From contig NC_086097.1 of the NCBI RefSeq assembly GCF_963921235.1, positions 138,200,001-138,264,000 of the forward strand: a DNA stretch of 64,000 nucleotides, in the 5' to 3' direction. The position numbers were made by a program, and so were the translations under genes. Within the stretch, counting starts at the first letter, position 1. Every line of letters begins with the position of its first letter. This stretch comes from Mobula hypostoma. Its lineage: Eukaryota. The notes beneath the pieces are model-generated. The model ran no database searches and had not been told where the DNA came from. It was given only the letters and a program-made list of their open reading frames with translations. Positions 36,870-50,370 of the stretch are shown in pieces.

Positions 36870-38045
36870 TTTTAAGATAAGACTTTATTCCAAAGGAAAT
36901 TATTGTTGCAAGGTTGCTCAGTCAGAAATATATACTTTAAAATACAAAATGTAAGCATTGAGATATGAAAAAAAACCAAAATGAGCATTAAGAAGTAATA
37001 GTACAAAATACAAATGTGCAATGAAACCATATACTTATATATAAGGAGGAGGAGTTGTACAGTCTTATAGCCACAGGGAGAAAGTGGTGCACCTCAGTGG
37101 AATCAGTCTATTACTAAAGGTGCTCCTCTGTTTGTCTGGTATGTCATGGAGGGGGTGAGAGGGATTGTCCATAATATTCTGTAGCTTCTGCAGCATCCTC
37201 CTCTCAGACACAACCTCCAGGGAATCCAGTTACACACCCAAAACAGAACCGGCCTTCCTGACGAGCTTACTGACCTCCTTGGCATCAGCTGCTCTCACCC
37301 TGCTGACTGCAGCGTAGAACAGAACGTTGGCCACCACTAAGTCGTAGAGCATCATCAGTTTAGTACTGCAGACGTTGAATAACCGGAGCCTCCTCAGGGA
37401 GTACAGTCAGCATTGTACCTTCTGTACAGAGCCCCTGTATTTTTAGTCCAGTCCAGTTTATTGTCCAGGTGACTTCCCGGGTATTTGTAGTCCCGGACAA
37501 CTCCCACGTCCGTTCCGTTGATAGCAATGGAAGTACAGGGTATTTTCACCTTCCTGAAGTCCATCACCAACTCCTTTGTCTTAGTGATGTTGAGCTGCAG
37601 GTGATTCAGCCCACACCACTCAACACAGTTGCCCACCACTCTTCTGTACTCAGTCTCTTGACCCCAGTTGATACAGCCCATAACTGCTGAATCATCCAGA
37701 AACTTCTGCAGGTGGCAGGACTCCGAGTTGGTCCAAGGTGTAGACGGTGAACAGGAAGGGGGACAGGACAGTCCCCTGAGGTGCCCCCGTGCTGCCAACC
37801 ACAGAACCTGATACACAGCTCTGCAGTCTAACATACTGTGGCCATCTGAACAGGTAGTCTGTAATCCAGGACACCAGTGAAGCATCCACCTGCATCTCCG
37901 TGAGCTTACTCCCTAGTAAAGCAGGCCATATGGTGTTAAAAGCACTGGAGAAATCAAAGAACGTGATTCTCACAGTGCTGCCTGGCTCATCGAGATAGGT
38001 GAAAGCCCATTGAAGCTGGAAGATAATGGCATCCTCGACTTCAAT
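36870..38045 (-). mobile_element. Rex1/Babar-like LINE, RT to 3' end, decayed
   Basis: ORFs 37692-37973 (FFDFSSAFNTI...GAPQGTVLSPFLF) and 37394-37885 (KFLDDS...LQLNITKTKELVMDFRK). Confidence 0.92.
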
Positions 38046-38069
38046 AGGTGGTTGAATATTTGTTTTGCA

Positions 38070-38880
38070 GCTATTATCAGGTAGGAAGTACAGAAGCCTT
38101 AAGTATCAAACTAAAAGTTTAAGGACGGATACTCCCCTTCAACCACTTGACTCTCGAACCAATGGGCAAACTCTAATCATTACAGTTTAGCAACACTATG
38201 ACCAGTTTGATCACTTTGCACTAAAATTGACCTTTTGTCCTAATTGTGTTTTTTTTCTTGGAAATATTGTATATAATTTATGGGTCTTTTGAAAACTGCT
38301 GCTTATTTGATGCTATATCCCAGAGATGCTACTGCAAGTTTTTCATTGTGTCTGTATATACAGACATGTATTTCTGGATATGACAATAAATTCATCAAAA
38401 CTCAAAATACAAAAGTTGAGTTGTACTTTGTATAATGCATCAGTGTCTACACTCTACTTCCTTCCATCTAGTCCATCTTCCTGGTGCGTTGCATTAGGAA
38501 GGCTAACAGCATTGTCAAGGCTGTTTGCCTCCTTGGCCATTCTTATCTACCTTCTGGGACCTGGACATCTAGATTAAAAAGCAAGTTCTTCCCCAGTGCT
38601 GTCAGACTTTTGAACCAATCGCCTCTTTCACAGCCCATTCTCAGATGTGCTGCCATGTTCTCAGACTCTCAATTCTACCACTCTCAGTTAATCTGTTATT
38701 GTCGCACTTCAGCAATACTTTTTGTATTGCTTCAGTTTGCACTACAATCTTTGCACCATTCTTTTGTTTTGTGCTTGTCACTGTCTTTATTATCAGCGAT
38801 AGTGTTTACTCTGTGAGCTGACGTGAAGAATTTCTTTGCACACTGGTATGTAGGACAATAAGCGAATCTAAATCTGAACT
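38070..38880 (+). mobile_element. Two adjacent Rex1-like 3' end fragments
   Basis: 38070-38400 matches 13540-13820. 38484-38620 encodes RCIRKANSIVK...LPSG...KFFPSAVRLLN. Confidence 0.7.
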
Positions 38881-39021
38881 AGGACCACTGGATGAAAAAT
38901 GCTTTGGGATATTGTAAAGGAGTCACAAAGACCCTATAGAAGATCCAGTAATTATTTTTAACCTCATTTCTCTGCACAAGCATAAATGTAGGTTAATGCC
39001 CTTAACTTGAACTGTTCTATT

Positions 39022-39337
39022 CTACTTCTTCTTCGGTTGTCCATCGAAATCCGATGACAACGTCCACTCCTTTAACGGTGAGATCTTTGATGACTATACA
39101 GTCCTATCCTGCACCCACAAGCTCTATTGCAGGTGGCACATGTATATGTGGTAGTGGTGGCAACCATGGCTGCATTTCTCCTGGCTCTCTTCTGCTGTCT
39201 TCTGGTTGTTCTTTCCATCTCCAGAATACAAAACCCATCCCTACGTAGCTGTCGCCAAGTGGTACGGTCAGCAGCAACCTCCTCCAGGTCCTCGGGTCTG
39301 ATCTTGCACTTTCTTAAAGCATTAAGTGCAAGATCAA
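39022..39337 (-). mobile_element. RTE-clade LINE 3' end with C-terminal C2H2-type zinc finger, 8-bp TSD
   Basis: ...EEVAADRTTWRQL...YTCATCNRACGCRIGLYSHQRSHR*, short 3' UTR, (GAA)n tail. GTTCTATT at 39014-39021 and 39338-39345. Confidence 0.9.
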
Positions 39338-39474
39338 GTTCTATTAGACACCCCAAAAATCCCTGTTTGCCTCCCAAGAACTGAGAATTGTGCAGTATGC
39401 TTAATGGCTTGTGTACCAAATAGAAATTACTGACAAATCCCAGGTATAGATTTAAATAGAATAATTCTTGGAGT

Positions 39475-40170
39475 GAAGACCAATCACCTTTGCTTTGTCC
39501 ACCATAAAAACTGGGATCTCCTGGTGGCCAACCATTTTAATTTCACTTCCCATGCCCACATTGTAATGTCTGTCCAAGGCTTTCTCTAATATCTAGTCGA
39601 GGCTAAATGTAGATTAGGGGAATGGCACCTCATATTCCAACTTGGTAGCCTCCAACATGGCAGCATGGACATTGATTTCTCTAACTTCCGGTAACCACTC
39701 CTCACTGTCCCCCTTTGTTTTCCCTTATCTTGCTGGCCCTATTAACCTTACTCTTTCTCCTCTCCTGCCCTATAAGTCTGCTGAAAACTGACACCTTCAT
39801 TTTTCTGGTTCCCATCCTCACCTCCTTCCCTCTGTTCCATGATCCACTGTGTCCTCCTCTCAGATTCCATCTTCTTTAATCTCTTGTCACTTTCTCCTAT
39901 CATCTCTGAGTTTCTTATATATTTCCCTCCCTCTCCTGTATATCTTCCCCCCTCACCTGGATTCACCTATCAACCACTAGCTCTCACCCAACCCTCTTCC
40001 ACCTCTTTTATTCTGGCCTCCCTCTTCTTACTTTCCAGTCCTCTTAAAGGGTCTCAACCTGAAACATCAGCTGTCTATTTCTTTCCCTCCATAGATGTCT
40101 CGTGTTGCCAAGTTTCTCCAGCATTTTGTGTTGCTACAGATATCCAGCATCTGCAGTCTTTCTTGTGTAA
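39475..40170 (+). mobile_element. Older Penelope-like element 3' part with degenerate hammerhead (40036-40073)
   Basis: ggtggccaaccattttaat (VANHFN), cttggtagcctccaac (LGSLQ), gatttctctaacttccggtaa, cagtcctcttaaagggtctcaacctgaaacatcagctg. Confidence 0.85.
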
Positions 40171-40367
40171 CTATCATACATTCCCTTCTCTGGAGCAGAG
40201 GTGATGCTTTATTGGATGGGCAGCATTTTGTTACACCTGAGGCTGTCTACTTCTTTGCTCTTTACATCGTCACACCATGAAAATAAAATGAACTTCATCA
40301 AAGATGCCAGCTACCTTGATCACTTCCTTTTTTTTCTTTTAGTGACTAGAGATGCAAAGTATCCATA

Positions 40368-41975
40368 CGGTGGTGCTACAAATTTTGTGAACCCCGTACA
40401 ATTTTTCCCTATTTCTGCAAAAATACCACTTAAAATGTGATCAGATCTTCACGCAAGTCCTAAAACTAGATAAAGAGAAGCTATTTAAATAAATAACACA
40501 AAAAACATTATACTCATTCATTTATTTATAGAGAAAAATGATGCAATATTTTATGTATTTGTTGGAAAAAGTATGTGAACCTCTGGGGTAATGCCTTCTA
40601 CAGAAGCTATTTGGGGTCAGTTGATGAGATTGGAGGTATGAGTTGTGGATGTGCCCTGCCTATAAAAAAGACACACAAGGTCAGATCACTTTCAGAACCT
40701 ACTCTTTTCAAGAAAAATCTGCTTACATGCACCATACCTTGATCAAAACAACTTTCAGAGGACCTTAGAAGAATTGTAGAGATGCAATGAAGATGGAAAA
40801 GGCTACAAAAGCATTTCTAAAGACCTGAGTGCTCTTCAGTCCACAGCAAGAGAAACTGTCTACGAATGGAGGAAATTCAGCACTGTTGCTACTCTCTCTA
40901 GGAGTGGGCATCCTACAAAGATCACACCAAGAGCACAACGTGCAATGCTGAAGGAGGTGAGAAAGAACCCAAGGGTAATAGCAAAAGACCTGCAGAAATC
41001 TCTAGAACTTGAAGTCTCCCATCATGTGTCCACTATAAGAAAAACACTAAACAAGATGGTGTTCATGGAAGGACACCATGGAGGAAACCACTGCTCTCAA
41101 AAAAAAACATTGCTGCACATCTCAAGTTTGCAAAGGACCACCTGGATGTTCTACAACACTTCTGAGACAATGATCCATGGACAGATGAGACAAAAGTTGA
41201 ACTTTTTGGAGGAAATGCAAAATGCTTGGAGGGAAAAAAAGGTACTGCACACCGACACCAAAACCTCATCCCAGCTGTGAAGCATGGTGGAAGGAGAATC
41301 ATGGTTTGGAGCCGCTTTGCTGTCTCAGGGCCTGGACAGCTTGTAGTCATTGAGGGAACAATGGATTCAAAATTGTATCAAGACATTTTACAGGAGAATG
41401 TCATGGAAGCAGTCCATCACCTGAAGCTTAATAGAAGTTGGATAATGCAACATGACAATGATCCGAAACGCAAGAGTAAATCAACAACAGAATGGCTTAA
41501 AAGGAAAAAAAATCTGTATTTTGGAATAGCTGAGTGAAAGTCCTGACCTTAATCCTGCAGAAATGTTGTGGAAGGACCTGAAGCAAGTAGATCATGCAAG
41601 GAAGCTCACCAACATCACAGAGTTGAAGCAATTTTGTAAGGAGGAATGGACTAAAATTCCTCCGAGCCGATGTGCAGGATTGATCAACAATTGCTGGAAA
41701 TGTTTGGTTGAAGTTATTGCTGTGTGGGGGGGGGGGGGTCACAGCAGTTACTGAAAGCAAAGGTTCACATACTTAATCCAACAAATACATGTAATATTGA
41801 ATCATTTTTCTCAATAAATAAATGAACAAGTATAATGTTTTTTTGAGTTATTTACTTAATTGGGTTCTCTTTATCTAGTTTTATGACTTATGTGAAGATC
41901 TGATCACATTTTAGGTCATATTTATGCAGAAATAGAGAAAATTCTACAGGGTTCACAAACTTTCTAGCATCACTG
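40368..41975 (+). mobile_element. Full-length Tc1-like (DD34E) transposon fossil with long TIRs
   Basis: TA at 40366-67 and 41976-77. ~220-bp inverted termini (cggtggtgctacaaattttgtgaacc / ggttcacaaactttctagcatcactg). Broken transposase: WTDETK, VKHGGRRIMVW, QHDNDPKRKS, SPDLNPAEMLW. Confidence 0.96.
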
Positions 41976-43142
41976 TAATGGTTCAGTTAAAAACTAGCAC
42001 CTTATGTTTTGTCTCAGCTTATTCCAAGTGCCTACACATTAACACCAACGACTGGTCAGCTGACTTGCCTAAATGTGCCTTTCCAAGAAAAAAAATGCAC
42101 ACCTTGCAACCTCATTTGTTAGTCAAATGGACTTTCTACACTCCAATATTTTCCAACTTCTTTTGTACAGTAAGTGGGAGTGACCATAGCCTTGTTAATG
42201 CTCTTGGAATTTCTCCCTCAGGTTTTAGTCTCCAGGGATACTGGACTGGAGGATAGTCACAGGCCACTGGAACCCTAATTTCCTCTCACGTGAAAATCTG
42301 CAACTTATTAACTCATGGAAAGTGGAACAGTTCATCCTTCAGGTATGAAGAAATGACCCAGGCCATCTGCACAAAGTTCTTCCTTCAATATTAATTCAAC
42401 AGCTTTGACATACAAAAGCCACTTAGTTCAGATATGTCACAAACTTCAGTTCCAGTGGAGCTGCTATGATCCAGTAATCTCCCTTGCAAAGCCATTACTC
42501 CACAAGGTCTACACACCCACACAGCAGCACCACAGGAGCAGATGTTTTCCACATAGTTCTCAGCTCTCCAGATGGGAATGGTTAAACCAATCTGTGCATG
42601 GACAAGTCAGCTCCATGAGTGTTATGTGTAGGGACACAAAGACAAATAACCCATTCAGCAAATGTGCTGTTACGAAGGTTGTGTTATTGCTACATGCTGC
42701 AAAAGATTGACGCAGAATGAGATTTTCTGGAATAAAAAATTCAAGAATATTTCATCCCTCTTCCCTACATGATGGCTGCCAAACCAAGCTGTTAACAAAA
42801 TTTTAGCCCCCATCCTGAAACAACAGACAACAATGTAGAAATAACAAGCATAAGGGATGTACAGAATGTTGGTGCTGGGAGTTAGATTGTGAAACTCTAC
42901 CAGCACTCTAAGAAGTGTAGGTAATATCGGAACTGGAGGCTTGATCATGGAAACTCTCCATACCCTCTCATGTATGTGAGAACTAGTCTAAGAGAATGTC
43001 AGTGGTTTCAATAAACTATGGACTAAGTAAGAATGTCTGATCTTGAGGTAGATACTATCTCCACATCTACCTTTGACTAACAAAGGTTTTCTGAGCATGT
43101 GTAATGCTGTAGAATTTAACTGAATGTGCAATGCTGTTTATT

Positions 43143-45050
43143 TGAATTGACTTTTATTTCTTACATTCTTCACATACACTAGGAGTAAAACTCTTTAAGT
43201 TATTTCTGTCTAAATGTGCAATGATAGTAATTTATAATAAATAGAACAGTCAATGCAACATAGAAATACACACAAATGAGCGTGTTAATCAGTCTGATGG
43301 CCTGGTGGAAGAAGCTGTCCTGGAGCATGTTGGTCCTGGTTTTTAGGCTGTGGTACTGTTTTCCAGATGGTAGCAGCTGGAACAGTTTGAGGTTGGGGTG
43401 ACTCAAGTCCTCAAGGATCCTTCGGGCCCTTATTTCACACCTGTCTTTGTAAATGTCCTGAATCATGGGAAGTTCACAACTACAGATATGCTGGGCTGTC
43501 CGCACCACTCTGGTGATTCAGGGAGGTACAGTTCCCATACCAGGCAGTGATGCAGCCAGTCAGGATGCTCTCAGTTGTGCCCCAGTAGAAAGTTCTTAGG
43601 ATTTGGGGACCCATACCAAACTTCCTCAACTGTCTGAGGTTAAAGCATTGCTGTTGTGCCTTTTTCACCACACAGCTGGTGTGTACAGACCACGTGAGGT
43701 CCTCAGTGATGTGGATGCCGAGGAACTTGAAGCTGTTTACCCTCTCAGCCCCAGATCCATTGATGTCAATAGGAGTTAGCCCGTCTCCATTCCTCCTGTA
43801 ATCCACAACCAGCTCCTTTATTTTTGCGACATTGAGGGAAAGATTGCTTTCTTGACACCACTGTGTCGGAGAGATGACTTCTTCCCTGTTGACCACTTCG
43901 TTGTTGTTTGAGATTAGGCCAATCAATATAGTGTTGTCGGCAAATTTAATTAGCAGATTAGAGCTGTGGGTGGCATGGGTATACAGGGAGTAAAGGAGGG
44001 GATTCAGTACACAGCCCTGAGGGGCTCCTGTATTGAGAGTCAGAGGGGCGGAGGTGAGGGAGCCCACTCTTACAACCTGCCAGTGATCTGACAGGAAGTC
44101 CAGGATCCAGCTGCACGAGGCAGGGCCAAGGCCCAGGCCTCTGAGTTTCCTGTCGAGTCCGGATGGAATTATGGTGTTGAATGCTGAACTGTAGTCCAAG
44201 AACAGCATTCTCACCTAAGCATCCTTCTTCTCCAGATGTCTAAGGACAGTATGTAGAGCAGGTGGCTATTGCATCATCTATCAATTGGTTGTGACGGTAG
44301 GTGAATTGTAGGGGTCCAGTTTGGGTGGTAGTAAGCTGCAGATGTAATCCTTGACCAGCCTCTCAAAGCATTTGCTTATTATTGAGGTGAGTGTGACCGG
44401 ACACCAGTCATTCAGGCATGTTACCTTGGTCTTTTTTGGTACATGGACAATGGTGGCTAATTTGAAGCAGGAGGGCACTCTACACTGGGAAAGGGAGATT
44501 AAACATGTCTGTAAACACACCTGCCGGTTGTGCTGCGCACATTCTGAGTACTTACCCTGGGATGCCGTCCCGTCCCGCAGCCTTGCGACTGTCCACACGT
44601 TGGAAATATCTGCGTTTCTCAGCCTCAGAGATGATCAGGTTGCAGGTTGTAGGTCATAGCAGTGGCTTTCCTCCAAGGCACAGAGTTAGCCACATTGAAC
44701 CAAGTGTAAAAGTGATCTTGCTCATCTGGGAGAGAGGCTCTGATGTTGGCGGCACCACTATGTTTGGCTTTGAAGTCAGTGATGGTATGCAACCCTCACC
44801 ATAAGTCATGTGTGCTATTGGTTGTGAACCTTGACTCAATCTTGTCCTTGTATTTTTGTTTCGCAGCCTTGATAACTTTGCACAGATCATAGCTGCTACT
44901 GATTGCCAGCAGCGTATGCTCTGTGTTGTGCAGTAAGTGCTGCTCGCATGGAACTACTGATCCAGGGTTTCTGGTTCGAGAAGACCCTGACCGACTTCTG
45001 GGGACAACATCGTCGATGCACTTCCCGATGAAGCACGTGACTCCATCCAG
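43143..45050 (-). mobile_element. Rex1/Babar-like LINE, ~1.9 kb, decayed
   Basis: ORFs 44281-44598 (VPKKTKVTCLNDWCPVTLTS), 43480-44214 ([24 protein letters not shown]) and 43200-43508. Confidence 0.95.
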
Positions 45051-45380
45051 ACTACAGCTCAGCACTTAACACAATCATCCTACAGTACTGATCAAAAAGC
45101 TCCAAAACCTGGGCTCTGTACCCCTTCTTGCAACTGGATCCTTGATTTCTTAACCGGAAGACCACAATCTGGGCAAACTGGAAATAACATTTCCACCTCA
45201 CTGACAATCAACACTGGCACACCACTGGGATGTGTGCTTAGCCCACTGCTCTTTTCTCTCTACACCCATGACTGTGCAGCCAGGCACAGTTCAAAAGCCA
45301 TCTATATATATGCTGATGACACAACTAATGTTGGCAGATTCTCAGGTGGTGACGAAAGGGTGTACAGGAGCGAGACATAC

Positions 45381-46406
45381 TCACTGTACACCCATGATTC
45401 TGTAGCCAAGTTTCCATCAAACTCAATGAGTTTGCTGATGACACCACAACTGTAGGCCATATCTCGGGTAATGATGAGTTTGGGTACAGAGAGGAAATTA
45501 AGAACCCGATGGCATGGTGAGAAGACAATAACCTATCCCTCAACATCGGCAAGATGCAGGAATTGGTTGTTGACTTCTTAGCAGTGGACTCTGCTTGGTT
45601 GGACCAAGTCAGGTCATTTGTGATATTGACCAATATGATATTGATATTGGTTGTTGACTTCAGAAGGAGTAGCGGACTGCATGACCCCATTTACATCGGT
45701 GGTGCGCAAGTGGAACAGGTCAAAAGCTTTAAGTTCCTCAGGGGTTAATATCACAAATGACCTGACGGTCCAACCAAGCAGAGTTCACTGCCAAGAAGGC
45801 CCACCAGCACCTTTACTTCCTGAGAAAACTAAAGAAATTTGGCCTGTCCCCTAAAACCCTCACTAGTTTTTATAAATGCACCATAGAAAGCATTCTTCTA
45901 GGCTGCATCACAACCTGGTATGGAAGTTGTCCTGTCCAAGATCGGCAAAAGCTGCAGAAGATCGTGAACACATCACACAAACCAATCTTCCGTCCTTGGA
46001 CTCACTTTACACCGCACGCTGTCGGAGAGTGCTGCCAGGATAATCAAGGACACGGCCCACCCAGCCAACACACCTTTCCTCCCTCTTCCCTCTGGGAGAA
46101 GGTTCAGGAGCTTGAAGACTCATACGGCCAGATTTGGGAACAGCTTCTTTCCAACTGTGATAAGACTACTGAATGGATCCTGACCTGGATCTGGGACGTA
46201 CCCTCCAGATATCTGGACCTGCCTCTCGGGTTTTTTTCCACACTACCTTACTTTCCCTTTTCTATTTTCTATTTATGATTTATAATTTAAAATTTTACTA
46301 TATTTACGATTGATTTGTACTCTAGGGAGCGTGAAGCGCAGAATCAAGTATCACTGTGATGATTATACGCTCTAGTATCAATTGTTTGGTGACAATAAAG
46401 TAAAGT
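45381..46406 (+). mobile_element. Nested Rex1-like LINE (same orientation), with an internal short inverted duplication
   Basis: Begins [10 protein letters not shown] and ends aataaagtaaagta. tac at both junctions. Confidence 0.88.
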
Positions 46407-46531
46407 ACCAGCTAGTTGAGAAGTAGTGCAGCAATAACTTTGCACTCAAAGTTAGTAAGACCAAAGAACTGATCGTGGATTTCAGAAAGACTATGGCGAG
46501 GGAACACAAACCAGTCCTCATAGAGGGATCT

Positions 46532-48138
46532 GAATCAGAATCAGAATCCTTTATTATCGCCAAGTATGTGGACACATACAGGGAATTTGATGCCGGTTGC
46601 CCTGAGCTCTCCTGTACAGAATCAAAAAGCAAAAACAGCAGTGCAAATAACCGTGAACTATATACAGTGAGGTATACCTGTGTATGTACAGGTGGACTTG
46701 GTTTATAATAGACTAAAATTCAAGTGTTCATAAGACTGATAACGTACGGAAAGAAATTGTTCTTGTACCTATTTGTCCTGGCATACAGTGATCTAAAGCG
46801 CCTACCAGAAGGAAGGAGTTGGAACAGGTGATGTCCACAGGTGATGTCCAGGGTGTGATGGGTCTACAATGATGCTGCTTGCTCGCTTCCTGACTCTAGA
46901 TGCATATAAGTCCTGGATCGAGGGCAGCTTCACACCAATAATCCTTTCCGCAGCCCTGACGGTTCCTTGGAGTCTATTCTTGTCTTGTTTGGTAGCTGAT
47001 CCAAACCAGACAGTGATGGAAGAACAGAAAACAGACTGGATTATTCCTGAATGGAATTGAATCAGCAGCTCCTGAGGCAGGTTGTACTTCCTGAGTTGAC
47101 ATAGGAAATACAACCTCTGCTGAGCCTTTTTGATAAGAGTGTCCACGTTGGGTGTTCACTTCAGGTCCTGGGAGATTGTGACACCCAGAAACCTGAAGGT
47201 CTCCACAGCAGACACAATACTGTTGAGTATAGTGAGTGGGGGGAGTATTGGGGGGCTCCTCCTGAAGTCCACTGTCATCTCCACAGTCTTAAGCGTATTT
47301 AGCTCCAGATTGTTCTGACCACACCAGAGGGCCAGCCATTCCACCACTCATCTGTATGCAGACTCATCACCGTCTCGGATAAGGCCAATGACAGTTGTGT
47401 CATCTGCAAACTTCAGGAGTTTAACAGATGGATCCTGTGAGGTTCAGTCATTAGTGTAAAGGCAGAAGAGCAGTGGGGAGAGCACACATCCCTGGTGGGC
47501 ACCAGTACTGATTGTCCGGGTGCTAGAAATGATGCTCCCCAGTCTCACTTGCTGCACCCTGTCAGTCAGGAAGCTTGTGAACCACTGACAGATGGCGGGA
47601 GAGACAGTGAGTTGGGTGAGTTTGGAGTGGAGTTTTTCCGGGACGATGGTGTTGAACGCCGAGCTGAAGTCAACAAGCAGGACCCTTGCAGAAGTTCCTG
47701 GGTTGTTGAGGTGTTGTAGTATGTAATGCGGTCCCATGTTGACTGCATCATCCACTGACCTATTTGCCCGATAAGCAAACTGCAGGGGGGTCCAGCAGGG
47801 GGCCTGTGATGTCCTTCAGGTGAGCCAACACTAGTCTCTCAAAGGACTTCATGACCACAGATGTCAAGGCAACAGGCCTGTAGTCATTTAGTCCTTTGAT
47901 AGTGGGTTTCTTAGGGACTGGAATGATAATGGAGTGCTTGAAGCAATGAGAGACCTCACACAACTCCAGTGGTCTATTGAAGATCCGTGTGTAGATGGGG
48001 GCCAGCTGATCAGCGCAGGTCTTCAGGCAGGAGGGCGACACGCCGTCTGGGCCTGGTGCTTTTCTGGTCTTCTGCCTCCGGAACAGCTGACTCACTTCCC
48101 TCTCACAGATCCTGAGTGCAGCTACAAGAGGGTTGAAG
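46532..48138 (-). mobile_element. Nested Rex1/Babar LINE (opposite orientation)
   Basis: ORFs 47760-48095 (KAPGPDGV...NDYRPVALTSVVMKSFERLV), 47444-47755 ([20 protein letters not shown]), 47156-47347 and 46802-47146. (ATTCTG)n tail seen as gaatcagaatcagaatc. Confidence 0.95.
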
Positions 48139-48713
48139 TGAAGTGGACAAAGTGAGCAATTTCAATTTCCAGGGCGTCAATATCTCTGAGGATCTATCCT
48201 GGACCCAGCATATTGATGCAACTATAAAGAAGGTATGACAGCAGCTATATTTCATTAATAGTTTGAGGAGATTTGGTATAACACCAAAGACACTCACAAA
48301 TTTCTACAGATGTACCCATGGAGAGCATTCTAACTGGTTGCATCATTGACTGGTATGGGGGGGTGTGGTGGGGGCTACTGCACAATATCAAAATAAGCTG
48401 CAGAGACTTTAAGCTTAGTCAGCTCCAGCATGAGCACTGGCCTCCATTGTATCGAGGTCATCTTCAAGGAGTGATGCCTCAAAAAGGTGGCAGTCATCAT
48501 CAAGGACCCACATCACCCAGGACATGCCCTCTTCTCATTGCTACCATCAAGGTGTGGTACAGGAGCCTGAAGGAACAGCTTCTTCCCCTCTGCCAGCCAA
48601 TTTCTGAATTGACATGGAACCCATAAACACTACCTCACTATTTTTGACTTTTATTTTTGCACTACTTATTTAATTGAAATATATATATATATACACACAC
48701 ACACACAAACATA

Positions 48714-50293
48714 CTGTGCCCATAAAAAGTATTCATCCCCTTGGAAGTTTCCATGGTTTATTGTTTTACAATATTGACTCACAGTGGATTTAATTTGGCT
48801 TTTTTGACACTGATCAACAGAAAAAGACTCTTTTATGTCAAATTGAAAACATATCTCTACAAAGTGCTCTAAATTAGTTACAAACTATAAAATACAAAAT
48901 AATTGTTTCGTAAGTATTCACCCCCCCCCCCTTAATATGACACACCAGATCATCACTGATGCAGCTAATTGGTTTTAATTAAATGGAGATCTGTGTGCGG
49001 TTGAGGTGTTTCAATTGATTGTAGCAAAAATAGACCTGCATCTGGAAGGTCCAATTTCTGGAGAGTCAGTATCCTGGCAAAAACTACATCATGAAGACAG
49101 AAGAACACTCCAAGCAACTCCATGAAAAGGTTATTGGAAAGCACAAGTTAGGAGATGGATACAAGAAAATTTCCAAGTCACTGAATATTCCTCGGAGTAC
49201 AGTTAAGCCAATCAAGAAACGGAAAGAATATGGCACAGCTGTAAATCTGCCTAGGGAAGGCCATTCTCAAACACTGAGTGACTGCAAGAAGGGGCCTAGT
49301 GAGGGAGGCCACCAAGAGACCTATGACAACTCTGGAGGAGTTACAAGCTTCAGTGACTGAGATGGGAGAGACTGTGTATACTACTGTTGCCTGGGTGCCT
49401 CACCAGTAACAGCTTTATGGGAGAGTGGCAAAGAGAAAGCCACTGTCGGGGAAAAATAACTCACATGAAATCTTAGCTAGGGTTTGCCAAAATGCATGTG
49501 GAAGACCCTGAAGTCAGCTGGAAGAAGGTTCTATGGTCTGATGAAACCAAAATTGAGCAGTTTGGCCATCAGACTAAATCCTACGTTGGGCATAAACCAA
49601 ACACCGCACATCAACACAAACACACCATCCCTACCGTGAAGCATGCTGGTGGCTGCATCATGCTGTGGGGATGCTTCACTGCAGCAGGGCCTGGAAGGCT
49701 TGTGAAGGTAGAGGGTAAAACGAATGCAGCAAAATATAGGGAAATCCTGGAGGAAAACCTGATGTAGTCTGCAAGAGAACTGCGACTTGGGAGAAGATTT
49801 GATTTCCAATGAGACAATGACCCCAAGCAAAAAGCCAAATCTAGACAGGAATGGCTTAAAAACAAGTTAATGTCCTGGAGTGGCCAAGTCAGAGTCCAGA
49901 CCTCAATCCAATTGAGAATTTGTGGCTGGACTTGAAAAGGGCTGTTCACTCATGATCCCCATGCAACCTGACAGAGCTTGAGCAGTTTTGTAAAGAAGAA
50001 TGGGGAAAAATTGCAGTGTCCAGATGTGCAAAGCTGATAGAGACCTATCCACACAGACTGAAGGCTGTAATCACTGCCAAGGGTGCAGTTACTAAATACT
50101 AATGTAAAGGGGGGTGAATATTTATGCAATCAATTATTTTGTGTTTTATATTTGTAATTAATTTAGATCACTTTGACGTGAGTTTTTTTCAGCTGATCAG
50201 TGTCAAAACAGCCAAATTAAATCTACTGTGATTCTATGTTGTAAAACAATAAACCATGAAAATTTCCAAAGGAAGGTGAATAATTTTTAGAGG
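48714..50293 (+). mobile_element. Second Tc1-like transposon fossil (different family), inserted in a TA/CA run
   Basis: TA then ctgtgcccataaaaagtattcatcccc. Right TIR ...ggtgaataatttttagagg lacks the last bases. MKTEEHSKQL...[45 protein letters not shown]. Confidence 0.95.
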
Positions 50294-50370
50294 ATATATA
50301 TATATTTACATAGAACATAGAATAGTATAGCACATTACAGGCCCTTCGGCCCACAATGTTGTGCCGACCC

